This document shows positions 21,378 to 31,411 of a stretch of DNA of 64,000 nucleotides, in pieces; positions within the stretch are counted from its first letter, which is position 1; the number at the start of each line of letters is the position of its first letter. Below the pieces are notes generated by a model. That model had not been told where the DNA came from. It saw only the letters and a list, made by a program, of their open reading frames with translations, and searched no databases. The position numbers were made by a program, and so were the translations under genes. Source of the DNA: a virus; the IMG/VR virus record IMGVR_UViG_3300031088_000759; one strand, 5' to 3'.

Positions 21378-22008
21378 TTATTTCATAAGATTATCAAGCT
21401 TTCCGTTTAAAGCTTTTTTCATTGTTGTTTTCTTGTTCTGTGGACCTTTTACTTGATCTCGCCATTCAGTCCATACAAACGAAACTTGGGAATCATCAAT
21501 TTGACGTTGATTGTTCATTTTTTTGTGTTCTTGAACCATACTATGATTTTGTAGTTTGTCTTCTAACCTTTGACGAGCTACACTGCGATTCTTGTGTTGA
21601 GAACGGTCTTCTGTGGCTGTAACAACTGTTCCAGAAGGTATATGTGTCATTCTTACACCGCTATCAGTTTTGTTCCTATGCTGTCCACCAGGGCCGCTAG
21701 CTCTGAACGTGTCAATCCGAATATCCTTGTCAAATAAAACATAAGAAGCATTGGATTTTTTATCATCCATTACTGAAACCATTATCGTTGAACTATGTCT
21801 ACGATTAGATTTTTCCGTAGCTGAAACTCTTTGAACACGATGAATACCAGAGAAAATTGCGTAAGCGTTGTCAAAGACGCTCCAAAACCTTTGTTGTTCC
21901 TTCGTTTACAACATCTTTCCCACTGTGCTTTGACACAGAAGCAGCAAACTCTGATGCAAACAATTCAGCATCAGCACCACCTTCAGCAGGTCTAATTTCC
22001 ATACGCAT
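21378..22008 (-). CDS. short class-I peptide chain release factor homolog, +1 programmed frameshift at 21876-21870
   Basis: ATG 22008 with AGGAG; [16 protein letters not shown]; GGAG-CGT-CTT-TGA-C; +1 frame gives [20 protein letters not shown] and [14 protein letters not shown]; ~209 aa. Confidence 0.85.
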
Positions 22009-22063
22009 AATTTTTCTCCTTCGTTTTGTTTTAATAATTATAAATTTTATAGAACAAGTAAGA

Positions 22064-22864
22064 CTATAATAATATCTTCTTATCACTTATTTGAAATTTT
22101 TCCCAGTAGTTCAAAGGTGGCCTTGCTACTAAAAAATAGTTCTCTATTATCCATTGAGGAAACCAACCTTTAGAATACTGAGTTATTAATAATCGTAACT
22201 GCTTCAAATACGATGAAAATAAAACAGTAGTATTTATGTCTTTACTAGATGGAATTAAATCTCTTTCAAGAGACAACACCATAACTTCTTCTTGAACAAG
22301 TTGTTTTTTGTCATTATCAGACAATTTTTCGAACTTTTTTCGAGAAGTTTTCACACTTTCATTATCAGCTAGTATTTTCATATACATAGGTTCGTTTTCA
22401 AACGCTATTGAACTATGTATTGAATCATGATCATATGTTCTACGAATATTGTTTGTGAAGAATTCTTCTTTGTCTTGGTTTAAATTAACGTTCTTCGCAC
22501 CTTTTCGTTTTTCCCATTCAGCATATGCAAGATTGTGTAATTCTGGGATAAGTATAGCTCCGTGATTTTTTAACTTTTTTATGTCAGAGATATGCTTCAT
22601 CCAAGACTTATCGCTAATCACCCATGGAGAATGACTAACTTTTAAAGTATATACTTCGTCAAGAGAGGCAATTTCAGATGTGAATTCATACTTCTCGGGA
22701 ACATTGATAATACCTTCCCCATTAATGAAATCGTTAAAATCTTGGTTCTCTTCTGATAACGATTTTGACAAGCTTAAATAATCTTGATCCTTAGACTTTC
22801 TATTAAGTATCGAAGAATCAAAAAAGTTCACAGCAGATGAACCAATGAGTATTCTTTCATGCAT
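22064..22864 (-). CDS. conserved phage protein, possible nucleotidyltransferase fold
   Basis: LIGSSA...DQD N-terminal motif; YDHDSIH. Confidence 0.55.
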   Translation of the reverse strand: MHERILIGSSAVNFFDSSILNRKSKDQDYLSLSKSLSEENQDFNDFINGEGIINVPEKYEFTSEIASLDEVYTLKVSHSPWVISDKSWMKHISDIKKLKNHGAILIPELHNLAYAEWEKRKGAKNVNLNQDKEEFFTNNIRRTYDHDSIHSSIAFENEPMYMKILADNESVKTSRKKFEKLSDNDKKQLVQEEVMVLSLERDLIPSSKDINTTVLFSSYLKQLRLLITQYSKGWFPQWIIENYFLVARPPLNYWEKFQISDKKILL

Positions 22865-22921
22865 GTAGAACTACCTACCTCTCTTATCAAAAGACATTTT
22901 ATAGTATTATATGTCTTGTCT

Positions 22922-23956
22922 TTACGTTGTGTAATCAACGTTCATTGTGAAATATTCACTATTACTGAACTCCCCAGTACCATGTATAGCATAAATTGAT
23001 TGGTAACCAGGGTCTTTTTTAGATTTCTTAATGCTTCCATTGTGGATTTCAAAGCGATAATCTCCTCCTCCACTTTCTGATGAGTCTCTATATGTAGCAA
23101 CAAAGCCTCTCTGAAGTCTTGTATCGTACAAAGCATAACCTTTGTCCATCATTCTGCCATTTTGGCGCTCATCATTTTCATACAGCTCTATGTCGATTTT
23201 AACAGGACTGGGAACATCTACTAAACTAGAATCTCCCTCGGATACAATATTAAATCCATACAGTTTAGTTCCATCTTCTCTTTCCAAAACAACATCAGAT
23301 TGAGACTCACTAAAAGACATGCTTTCACTTCCGTCAGTTTGTTGAGCAAAATCTATAACATCATATTCTTGTGATAGTTCTTTTACACTACTGAAAAGTT
23401 CTTCATCTTCTATCTTGTCAACATTAACAGCATTAGTTAATAACTGAGGTTTAGTCTTTTTCAATAAACTTTCATAACTCAATATAGTGTAAGATGAATA
23501 TTCACCACCATGTGAAACGATCTGATAATATTGGTTATCTTTTTCGCATAAGTGTTCATTAATATAGTCAATTTTTTCAATAGTCCTTACCTTTTTAAAA
23601 TCAGGTAATTCCTCGGATAAAAAAGTATCCATATCTTCAATTGGCCCATCAAATACATATGATTCTGTTGTATGATTATTTTGAGCTTTTTGCCACGCTT
23701 CAGCTATTTCTTTTAATCCTTTTTGGATAACTTCTTTTTGATTGTGTTTAGTTTCATTGTTCTTTTTATTGGATACAAGAACAGAATTATTTTCTTGAAG
23801 CTTTTCTTCTATATATTGTTGGGCAATTGTTTTATTTTCAAAATGAGGGGGTTGCTGCTCATGAAAAGCTGGTTCTGCTGTACAAGTTTGAGGGGTTTTT
23901 GCGCGACAAATATTGGGACGCCCAGTTTCTTTGCTAATATGATACTTTTTTGTCAT
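22922..23956 (-). CDS. YH-C-C-H leader family protein
   Basis: MTKKYHISKETGRPNICRAKTPQTC...PHFENK leader. Confidence 0.8.
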   Translation of the reverse strand: MTKKYHISKETGRPNICRAKTPQTCTAEPAFHEQQPPHFENKTIAQQYIEEKLQENNSVLVSNKKNNETKHNQKEVIQKGLKEIAEAWQKAQNNHTTESYVFDGPIEDMDTFLSEELPDFKKVRTIEKIDYINEHLCEKDNQYYQIVSHGGEYSSYTILSYESLLKKTKPQLLTNAVNVDKIEDEELFSSVKELSQEYDVIDFAQQTDGSESMSFSESQSDVVLEREDGTKLYGFNIVSEGDSSLVDVPSPVKIDIELYENDERQNGRMMDKGYALYDTRLQRGFVATYRDSSESGGGDYRFEIHNGSIKKSKKDPGYQSIYAIHGTGEFSNSEYFTMNVDYTT

Positions 23957-24056
23957 GGTTTACCTTCTGTTCAATATTTGATTATTTATTGTATGGTTTA
24001 CTTGTACAATAAAATGGCGAGAAATTTATTAGTTTCTCGCCATTTTATTATTGATT

Positions 24057-24305
24057 TCAAACTTCGTCAACTGTTGTAGTTGTCCTTTTCTCAGCAACCA
24101 CAGGTCTTTCCACAACTTCTTTATTTTTAGATGATACAGAAGCTGCTATAACAATTCCTGCTATAAACCATATAGCTGCTGCTACCATCAATATAACTCC
24201 GATGGTAGAGATTTCAATTCCCGAAAACTGGAAATTTACGGCAAAGTAAAGAACCGCACCCAAAACTGCTAATGCTACTGGTCCACCAATGTTCAAAAAT
24301 CTCAT
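24057..24305 (-). CDS. small two-helix membrane protein (DUF6458-like, actinobacterial)
   Basis: LGAVLYFAV...IGVILMVAA pattern; GAGGT RBS. Confidence 0.65.
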   Translation of the reverse strand: MRFLNIGGPVALAVLGAVLYFAVNFQFSGIEISTIGVILMVAAAIWFIAGIVIAASVSSKNKEVVERPVVAEKRTTTTVDEV

Positions 24306-24572
24306 AATGACACCTCTTTCTTGAGTGGTTTAAAAATCATTTACTTCACATATTTATCAATGCATATTGATATACATTAACTAAAATATCGTTTAAAACT
24401 TTTTTACTTTAAACTCTTTGTTTATCTTATCAAGAAATTAGTTTGAAAACACCTAAATATTAAAAAATCCCAAACTAATATTAGTTTGGAATTTTATTGA
24501 ATTCATACGATTAAATTAAAAACTTAATATCTTTCACTGCACAATTCTGGCAAAGATAACAATCATTGTTGA

Positions 24573-24646
24573 TGGAGCGGATAACGAGAATCGAACTCGT
24601 GTCAACTGCATGGCAAGCAGTTATAATACCATTATACCATATCCGC
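24573..24646 (-). tRNA. tRNA-Gly(GCC)
   Basis: cloverleaf, encoded CCA. Confidence 0.9.
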
Positions 24647-24902
24647 AAACGTAGAAAATTATTTTATAATGCATCCTACAAAACATTACTGTCCTGTCAC
24701 AGTCGGTGATGACTACAGATTGACAGATACGGTATCACCCCGCTATCGCAATGATATGTTCAGTATCATTACTATAAGATAAATCATTTAAAAATCTCTT
24801 ACAAATTATTGCCTTTATGACGGACAATTCGCTAACCTTCCCGTGGGCTAGTCTCTTTAAATGTTGAACCAATTTTGAACAACAGCTTGGTTCTGCTGTT
24901 AG

Positions 24903-24973
24903 AGCAGGAGGTAGGATTTGAACCTACAAATCTATTCAGGTAGAATAACGTATTACTTTTATACTACTCCTGC
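24903..24973 (-). tRNA. tRNA-Gly(ACC), rare anticodon
   Basis: GCAGGAG/CTCCTGC acceptor, U73, loop CT-ACC-TG; weak D arm. Confidence 0.55.
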
Positions 24974-25092
24974 AGATATGTTGCCACATTCACCAACTTA
25001 GAATTGACAACTTTCAACATATTAATACGCTGTGGTAGCATATTAAACCACTAAAAGGCAGTTGAACAATAAATGTTGATCAAACATTTAAG

Positions 25093-25165
25093 AGCCCCCT
25101 ATCAGGTTCGAACTGATGACATCCACTTTACAAGAGTGGTGCTCTACCAACTGAGCTAAGGGGGC
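25093..25165 (-). tRNA. tRNA-Thr(UGU)
   Basis: cloverleaf. Confidence 0.9.
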
Positions 25166-25301
25166 AAAGAAAACACGAGAACTCTTCCGGCATGTTTTCA
25201 TATACTGCATCGTTTTTGCTGAACGATAAAGAGTGCAGTCATAGGACTTATATCAGGGATTTACCTATGCGTCAACTGAGGTCAGCAAACCTCCCCTGAC
25301 G

Positions 25302-25375
25302 TGGACAAGATGGGACTCGAACCCACAACATTCTGCGTGCAAAGCAGACGCTCTACCAATTGGAGCTACTCGCCC
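25302..25375 (-). tRNA. tRNA-Ala(UGC)
   Basis: cloverleaf. Confidence 0.9.
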
Positions 25376-25526
25376 TTACAAAAATATTCATCTACATAGC
25401 ATAATTTAAAAAATTATGGCAGACCTTACGGAATGAATATCAGATCCCGTTATTACCATATTCACTTAATGTGTCCCTATTATTTCGGAGTCTCACCGAA
25501 TAGGCAGAACATTGGGTAAATAACAC

Positions 25527-25602
25527 TGGTGCCCACCCTCGGGGTCGAACCGAGAACCTTCCGGGCTTCGACCGGACGCTCTTCCAACTGAGCTTGGAGG
25601 GC
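25527..25602 (-). tRNA. tRNA-Phe(GAA)
   Basis: cloverleaf, encoded CCA, C at position 33. Confidence 0.8.
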
Positions 25603-25755
25603 AAATGAACGCGGACTTTCAACACGATTAAACTGATAAAATCCATATTAAAACAATCGTGTCATTCAGTGCCTAAACTGTCGACCTTGCGCGTTCCTTC
25701 AAGGGTGATGGTCTTTTGTACATGCCTTCCGCCAGGCTATCCATCACAGCTGGAG

Positions 25756-25829
25756 TGCTTGTTGAGGGACTCGAACCCCCGACCGCCTCGGTGTAAACGA
25801 GGAACTCTAGCCAACTGAGTTAAACAAGC
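25756..25829 (-). tRNA. tRNA-Val(UAC)
   Basis: cloverleaf. Confidence 0.9.
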
Positions 25830-25865
25830 AAAACATTGATTAATAGTATTAATATCAATCAAGAG

Positions 25866-25939
25866 TACCCCGTACCGGATTCGAACCGGTGTTCTTCTGC
25901 GTGAGAGGCAGACGAGATAAACCGCTACTCCAACGGGGC
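25866..25939 (-). tRNA. tRNA-Glu(CUC)
   Basis: cloverleaf; identical to 33719-33792. Confidence 0.9.
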
Positions 25940-26058
25940 AAGAAGATAGTTTTAGAACATTTTCGGTTCAATTGGCATTACACGGGCTACCGCAACCAAT
26001 TCTTTTTGCTAAAACCTTATAAAATTATCAAACATCTTTTTTAACTTCTTATATTCAT

Positions 26059-26087
26059 ATCTTAACACAAAAAATATTTAATGTCAA
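26059..26087 (-). promoter_or_regulatory. sigma70/SigA-type promoter (representative of many in the array)
   Basis: TTGACA-N17-TAAGAT; followed by boxA-like TGTTTGATAAT. Confidence 0.75.
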
Positions 26088-26120
26088 GTTATTTCAAAAA
26101 ATTTATTTATTTTTGAAAAG

Positions 26121-26195
26121 TACCTGTGGTTGGATTTGAACCAACGATCTCCTCCGTATGAAAGAGGCGCATTAGGCCAGCTATGCTACACAGGC
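26121..26195 (-). tRNA. tRNA-Met/Ile2(CAU)
   Basis: cloverleaf. Confidence 0.85.
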
Positions 26196-26414
26196 AAAAT
26201 TAACAAAATATTATCTTCGAAATAGCACCAGCCCCATCGTTGGTTAAACATTGAGAAAGGGAATCGAACCCTTTTATTTCTATCCTATAAGGAACCTAAA
26301 CTAAAGAACCACTTTATCAAGGTCTCAAATATTCCATTAATTCGTGAATATTTTATTGTACCGGACAGGCTATCACCAGAATAGGTGGACCTTATCTTTC
26401 CTCAAATATTCTCG

Positions 26415-26487
26415 CTCCTCCACTTGGACTCGAACCAAGAACCCTCCGGTTAACAGCCGAATGCTCTGCCAATTGAGCTATAGAGGA
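26415..26487 (-). tRNA. tRNA-Asn(GUU)
   Basis: cloverleaf. Confidence 0.9.
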
Positions 26488-26896
26488 ATGCGGTAAAGAC
26501 TGCGCAATCTTTACCAAGAGCCTTTGTTCAGGAGCTACCTGTTTTTGAAGCCCTATAAAACCACGACCAGTTTCGGAAAACGACCGTGAACTATAAAATA
26601 AAAATGAAAACTTTTCAACTAGTATAATATAAACTTCAAAAATTTAAACGTTTTCACATCTTAACTAAACTAGGTTAGTCGCACTATTTTGCCATTCGTT
26701 CCGTTCTAAACGGACTCTCAGCCACGAACTCATTATCAAAAGGCAATTTGACCTATTTTAGTTAAACACTATTTAATTGTTATTCAATTATTAGAATATT
26801 TATGGGACTCGCACCTGCTAACACAAGTTATCAATAATTTACACTCGTGCGCACTTTTGCTAAAAGCATATCACAGAAACTAACAATATTCTAGCG

Positions 26897-26979
26897 TAGC
26901 TCAGGTGGGACTCGAACCCACACGCCCTTTCGGACACTTGATTTTGAGTCAAGCGCGTCTACCATTCCGCCACTAAGCC
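26897..26979 (-). tRNA. tRNA-Leu(CAA)
   Basis: cloverleaf, long arm. Confidence 0.9.
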
Positions 26980-27170
26980 ATGTGAACATTAATTACCGAT
27001 AAAAACCCGAATAGTAGGGTAATGTTCATATCTATTTAATTTTAAAGGTTTCTCGGATGCGTTTTCCACATTTATTCCAAGAATTTTCGTCAACTCTATT
27101 CTTGTTCCTTGCTCATCAAGCATACATTTGATGAACCATCCCATACTTCAATGTTTTATTGTTGTATGCG

Positions 27171-27252
27171 TGCCGGATGAGAGATTCGAACTCCCGAAGC
27201 ATTACGCAACTGATTTACAGTCAGCTCCCTTTGGCCGCTCAGGAAATCCGGC
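27171..27252 (-). tRNA. tRNA-Tyr(GUA)
   Basis: cloverleaf, long arm. Confidence 0.9.
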
Positions 27253-27305
27253 ATATAATATACTCTATCAAATTATCAAACATAGTGAAGTTAATAACCT
27301 CACAG

Positions 27306-27388
27306 TAGCTCAGGTGGGACTCGAACCCACAATCCCTCACGGGCGCTTGATTTTAAGTCAAGTGCGTATACCATTCCGCCACTAAGCC
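27306..27388 (-). tRNA. tRNA-Leu(UAA)
   Basis: cloverleaf. Confidence 0.9.
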
Positions 27389-27459
27389 ATATAATCTCAA
27401 TCTATTTTAGCATATTTAACAACGATAGTCAAAAATCCACAATCGTATGTCAAATATAG

Positions 27460-27533
27460 TAGGAGTGGAGGGACTTGAACCCACGATCTTCGTGTTATGA
27501 GCACGACGCCTTGACCAACTTGGCTACACTCCC
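27460..27533 (-). tRNA. tRNA-Ile2/Met(CAU)
   Basis: cloverleaf. Confidence 0.85.
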
Positions 27534-27755
27534 AAGGCTAATTATTTCTTACTTAACATAATAATCTTATCAAAGACAATTAATTTTGTCAAATTGAACA
27601 AATAATTATTTTTTGTTTACTCTATTTATTTATCAAATATCTTATCTTGCTTTATACTACATATTCTATCAAACTTTTTTCACTATGTCAAATCCGTTTA
27701 ATTTTTGTTTTTTAAACTTTATCAACAATCTTTCTAACCACTATATCAATCATAG

Positions 27756-27786
27756 TCTCGTTATCACTCTGAATAAGTCCTCAACT
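27756..27786 (-). repeat. 31-nt leader motif copy 1 of 6
   Basis: AGTTGAGGACTTATTCAGAGTGATAACGAGA just downstream of a promoter. Confidence 0.85.
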
Positions 27787-27882
27787 CTTCTTGATACTCA
27801 TATCTTAACACAGTTGATATCAGAATGTCAAATCAGAGTAATTAATTCAATAAACCTTTTTGACATAACTCACAAGTTTCAC

Positions 27883-29128
27883 CAGTTTTGTTGTTGGATG
27901 CCCCTTGCTTCAGCTATGGGGAGGAAAACAGCACAAGTTTTAAAATAATCTTGATAAAATAGATAGTATGACAAGCAAACTGCGTTATACTTATCGAATA
28001 CGACCTGGAAAACAAGCCAAAAAGAGACTCCTCCAGGAAAACGATAACGCCCGATACATCTACAACCAAGCAGTAGCAGAACTAAAAACCAATCAAACAT
28101 GGATGAATGATAAAACCATCACAAAACTCCGACAAAAACACGATTGGTTAAAACAAGGAAGTGTAGTCAGTCAACAACAATCGTTAAGAGACTTCAAACA
28201 ATCCAAAGGTAAGAAAAAGTTTAAGTCTCGCCATAAATCCTTGCCAAGTGTGAATTACACCCAACGGGGTTTTAGCATAATTGACGAGATTAATACAATA
28301 ACTGGTGAGGTAAGAACTCGATTAAAAATCGCTGGTGGGCATATTATTCCTGTTGTCTGGTCTCGTGATTTACCCTCAAAACCAACCAGCGTTCGAGTGT
28401 ATCAAGATTCAATTGGTCACTGGTATGCTTCATTTGTTGTGGAGGTTAATAAAGAAACCTTACCGAAAACAAATAAGAGTATTGGTGTTGATTGGGGAGT
28501 TAAGACTATCGCTACCACGACAAATAGTAGGTTTGATCTTGAACAACCAAAGTTTTCGAGAAAAGCGCAAGCTCAGTTAGCAAGAGCGCAGAGAGAATTA
28601 GCGCGTCGTAAAAAAGGTAGTAATCATCGTGCTCAGTCGAAGAAGCGTGTTGCGAGATTACATAAGAAAGTAGCTAACCAGAGGAAGGATTTTGCGCATA
28701 AGTGGGCTTTTAAAATAGTGAATGAGTTTGATCAAATTGCTGTGGAAGATTTCAAGTCTAAGTTTTTGTTTCAATCAAAGATGGCAAGATCAGCTGGTGA
28801 TAATGCTGTTGGTTTGATGAAGAGAATTTTGTGTGAGAAGGGTGTATTGTTGGGACGTAATGTAGTTTTAGTGTCTCCAAGATACACTACTATGGATTGT
28901 TCTGAGTGTGGTTCGAGAGCCAAGAACCGTATTGAACTATCTGTTCGAGTGTTTGAGTGTGTTTCGTGCGGTGTGAGTGTTGATCGTGATTATAATGCTG
29001 CGTGTAATGTTTTATATAGGGCTGGTTTTAACCCTTTGATTGTTGAGAATGTAAGACCTGTTGCTGGTTCGCTGGCGCAGGCTGTTTGAGATCAGAATCC
29101 CCTTGCTTTAGCTATGGGGAGAATTCAA
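27883..29128 (+). mobile_element. IS200/IS605 family (IS1341-like, tnpB only) element
   Basis: subterminal hairpins CCCCTTGCTT(C/T)AGCTATGGGGA at both ends, follows TCAC, ends TTCAA. Confidence 0.85.
27968..29089 (+). CDS. tnpB: RNA-guided endonuclease TnpB
   Basis: YRIRP N-term, RuvC IGVDWG / IAVEDF / DRDYNAA, CSEC...CVSC zinc ribbon. Confidence 0.93.
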   Translation: MTSKLRYTYRIRPGKQAKKRLLQENDNARYIYNQAVAELKTNQTWMNDKTITKLRQKHDWLKQGSVVSQQQSLRDFKQSKGKKKFKSRHKSLPSVNYTQRGFSIIDEINTITGEVRTRLKIAGGHIIPVVWSRDLPSKPTSVRVYQDSIGHWYASFVVEVNKETLPKTNKSIGVDWGVKTIATTTNSRFDLEQPKFSRKAQAQLARAQRELARRKKGSNHRAQSKKRVARLHKKVANQRKDFAHKWAFKIVNEFDQIAVEDFKSKFLFQSKMARSAGDNAVGLMKRILCEKGVLLGRNVVLVSPRYTTMDCSECGSRAKNRIELSVRVFECVSCGVSVDRDYNAACNVLYRAGFNPLIVENVRPVAGSLAQAV

Positions 29129-29169
29129 ATAATGCGAAGGATAAAACCTAACAGAATATAAAGCTTTAA

Positions 29170-29243
29170 TGGTACCCCTGACAGGACTCGAACCTGTGCA
29201 TCTTCTTTAGGAGAGAAGTGTTCTTCCTCTGAACTACAAGGGC
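29170..29243 (-). tRNA. tRNA-Arg(CCU)
   Basis: cloverleaf, encoded CCA. Confidence 0.88.
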
Positions 29244-29296
29244 ATATTATATGTTGTGTATATACATATATCTATATATTATATTTTTATCTAAAT

Positions 29297-29450
29297 TGGT
29301 GGAGCGCTTAGAGGATCGAATTCTAAGTACCAGTGAACTGTTAAACTCCCGGATTTCGGTCTCAACTTTATCAAGGTTAAGAAACAGGTGTACCAAGTTA
29401 TGCCAGTTCGTTGCGATAAATAACGCTTAACATAAAATACCACTCGCCCC
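29297..29450 (-). ncRNA. short tmRNA-like alanine-acceptor RNA
   Basis: 5' GGGGCG, 3' T-arm + CGCTCCACCA, G3-U70; 154 nt. Confidence 0.55.
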
Positions 29451-29454
29451 TAAG

Positions 29455-29529
29455 TTGTCCCGGATGGATTCGAACCATCGCATGACACGGTTTTCAAACC
29501 GCCGCTCTACCAGGCTGAGCTACAAGACG
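29455..29529 (-). tRNA. atypical tRNA (Phe GAA-like, irregular anticodon loop, C1:A72)
   Basis: good D and T arms; anticodon hairpin GCGGT-TTGAAA-ACCGT. Confidence 0.55.
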
Positions 29530-29684
29530 ATTTTCTTCACAAAACTTTAGAAATTTTCTAGAATATTCAAGGTGTTTCGTGTTGCCACCAACCTAATAGC
29601 AGTTTTCATCTTAAACGTTGTCGAATTCAACTGTTTACTATCATAGCATCATCTTCAAGAATTAATCACTTTCTTGAATCAGCG

Positions 29685-29757
<73 letters not shown>

Positions 29758-30109
29758 ATGCAGGAACAAGATTCATCAAGAGGTGTTAGCCAACAATTGA
29801 AGAACTATTGACATAGACACTTTGACTTGTTCCCTACTGTTCGTGGAGCTTTGGCTCTCCCAACAGCACTCCACCTTGTATCCAAACTCAGATGAAGAAA
29901 TAATTTATTCACTATATTGTTGTTATTAAATTATTGTGCCCGTTTTCTTACGAGGATGGGCTTCCTCCCCAACACCTACTGATAATGCGTCCATTATTTT
30001 CAAATGGTGATAAGTTTTTAGCAAAGCCCTTAAGATCTACAAGGAACTTCCGAATTGACGAAATCCAGGTAAGTTGTCATCTTACAAAAATTCCCGGACT
30101 TTGCTTTAG

Positions 30110-30181
30110 TACCCCCGGAGAATTACGATATCTCGACCCTTCGCTTAAGAGGCGAATGCTCTTCCTCTGAGCTACGGAGGC
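30110..30181 (-). tRNA. tRNA-Lys(CUU)
   Basis: cloverleaf, variant T-loop. Confidence 0.8.
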
Positions 30182-30270
30182 ATAAGGTACTAATTGTCTA
30201 TATTCTTTTATCAAACATTTTTAACTTATACACATATAATAACATACTTTTAAAACTTTGTCAAATCATG

Positions 30271-30301
30271 TCTCGTTATCACTCTGAATAAGTCCTCAAC
30301 T
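30271..30301 (-). repeat. 31-nt leader motif copy 2
   Basis: identical to copy 1. Confidence 0.85.
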
Positions 30302-30540
30302 GCTCTAACAATATCAATTATAGACTATTAAAAAATTTTTGTCAAGTCAATTATTATTAGCAATATGGTTCATTAGTACACGATTTCCATTAGCATTATT
30401 CGCTACTCGCATGCCACAATTACATTCGCGCAACCAAGAAGCTAAAGGTTCTGTTTCGGCATGGTGGGTATTTTCCACTGACATAATTATCTCCTTATAT
30501 TAGCCAACAACTAATCTTAACATAATGAGAAAACTCTTTG

Positions 30541-31362
30541 TCAATTATTTAAAATTATTAATTTTTCTTCAACAACTTTAATTAATTCACCTTTAGGCAA
30601 AGATTTTGGACCAGTCGTATGATCAATACTGGGGAAAGAAAGACTGTTGATTTCTTCAATTAATCTATCATTTGAATAATTGCTTGTATTCTTTACAAAA
30701 TAATTACTGTTTTTACTAACATTCAAATCTAACGATGCTTTACCTGCGTTTCCGCCAACTCTTTGAATCCTAAAATCCGCTTCTTCTTTTTTAACAAACT
30801 TAAACAATTCAGTAGTGTTCTTATAAACAACTTTACTTCTTAAAGTTTCTGCTTTCTGCCATATTTGGAAAACACATGGCACAGAATAATCATTTCCTTC
30901 CAGAGTGAAACTATCTTTTTGTAAATCAATTTCTTCTGTTAAAGAAAAATTCAAAGGAATACGGTTTTTCATAGATTCCTTTTTAAACCCTTTAGGAAGA
31001 ATAAAAGCAATCGTGTCAGCAAATTTCATACTCTCAACAATAAACTTATATGCTAAATTACCACTTATTCCAAAAGGTGGATTTCCAATTACTAAAATAT
31101 TATTAAAATTATTAAACTGAGATTTATCAAGTTTTAACCAATCAGCTTGAATAATGTTTTCGTTTTCAGGTAATAGATCAAAGGCTTTCACGTTGCTGAT
31201 CTCATTGCTAAAAGCACCACTACCTGCACTTGGTTCAATAATACAATCATATTCATTAAGTTTTAAATAAGACAAACATTCATCAACAATAGTCTTTTTC
31301 GTGTAGAACTTGTCTAATTCATGTTTATTACCTAAGCTTTTGCTGGTTCCTTTAGTTTTCAC
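30541..31362 (-). CDS. SAM-dependent N6-adenine DNA methyltransferase
   Basis: DKFYT, IEPSAGSGAF, GNPPFG. Confidence 0.85.
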   Translation of the reverse strand: MKTKGTSKSLGNKHELDKFYTKKTIVDECLSYLKLNEYDCIIEPSAGSGAFSNEISNVKAFDLLPENENIIQADWLKLDKSQFNNFNNILVIGNPPFGISGNLAYKFIVESMKFADTIAFILPKGFKKESMKNRIPLNFSLTEEIDLQKDSFTLEGNDYSVPCVFQIWQKAETLRSKVVYKNTTELFKFVKKEEADFRIQRVGGNAGKASLDLNVSKNSNYFVKNTSNYSNDRLIEEINSLSFPSIDHTTGPKSLPKGELIKVVEEKLIILNN

Positions 31363-31411
31363 TCAACAGTCCTTCTTCATTAAAAATTCCACTTAGAATA
31401 TCTTAACAAAA

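Noticed and set aside
21857-22086. Separate small ORFs 21871-22086 and 21378-21782
   Set aside because: Better explained as one frameshifted release-factor gene starting at 22008
30092-30106. AAAGTCCGGG resembling the RNase P RNA P4 motif
   Set aside because: No matching 3' P4 strand (CCCGGCTTA) at a suitable distance
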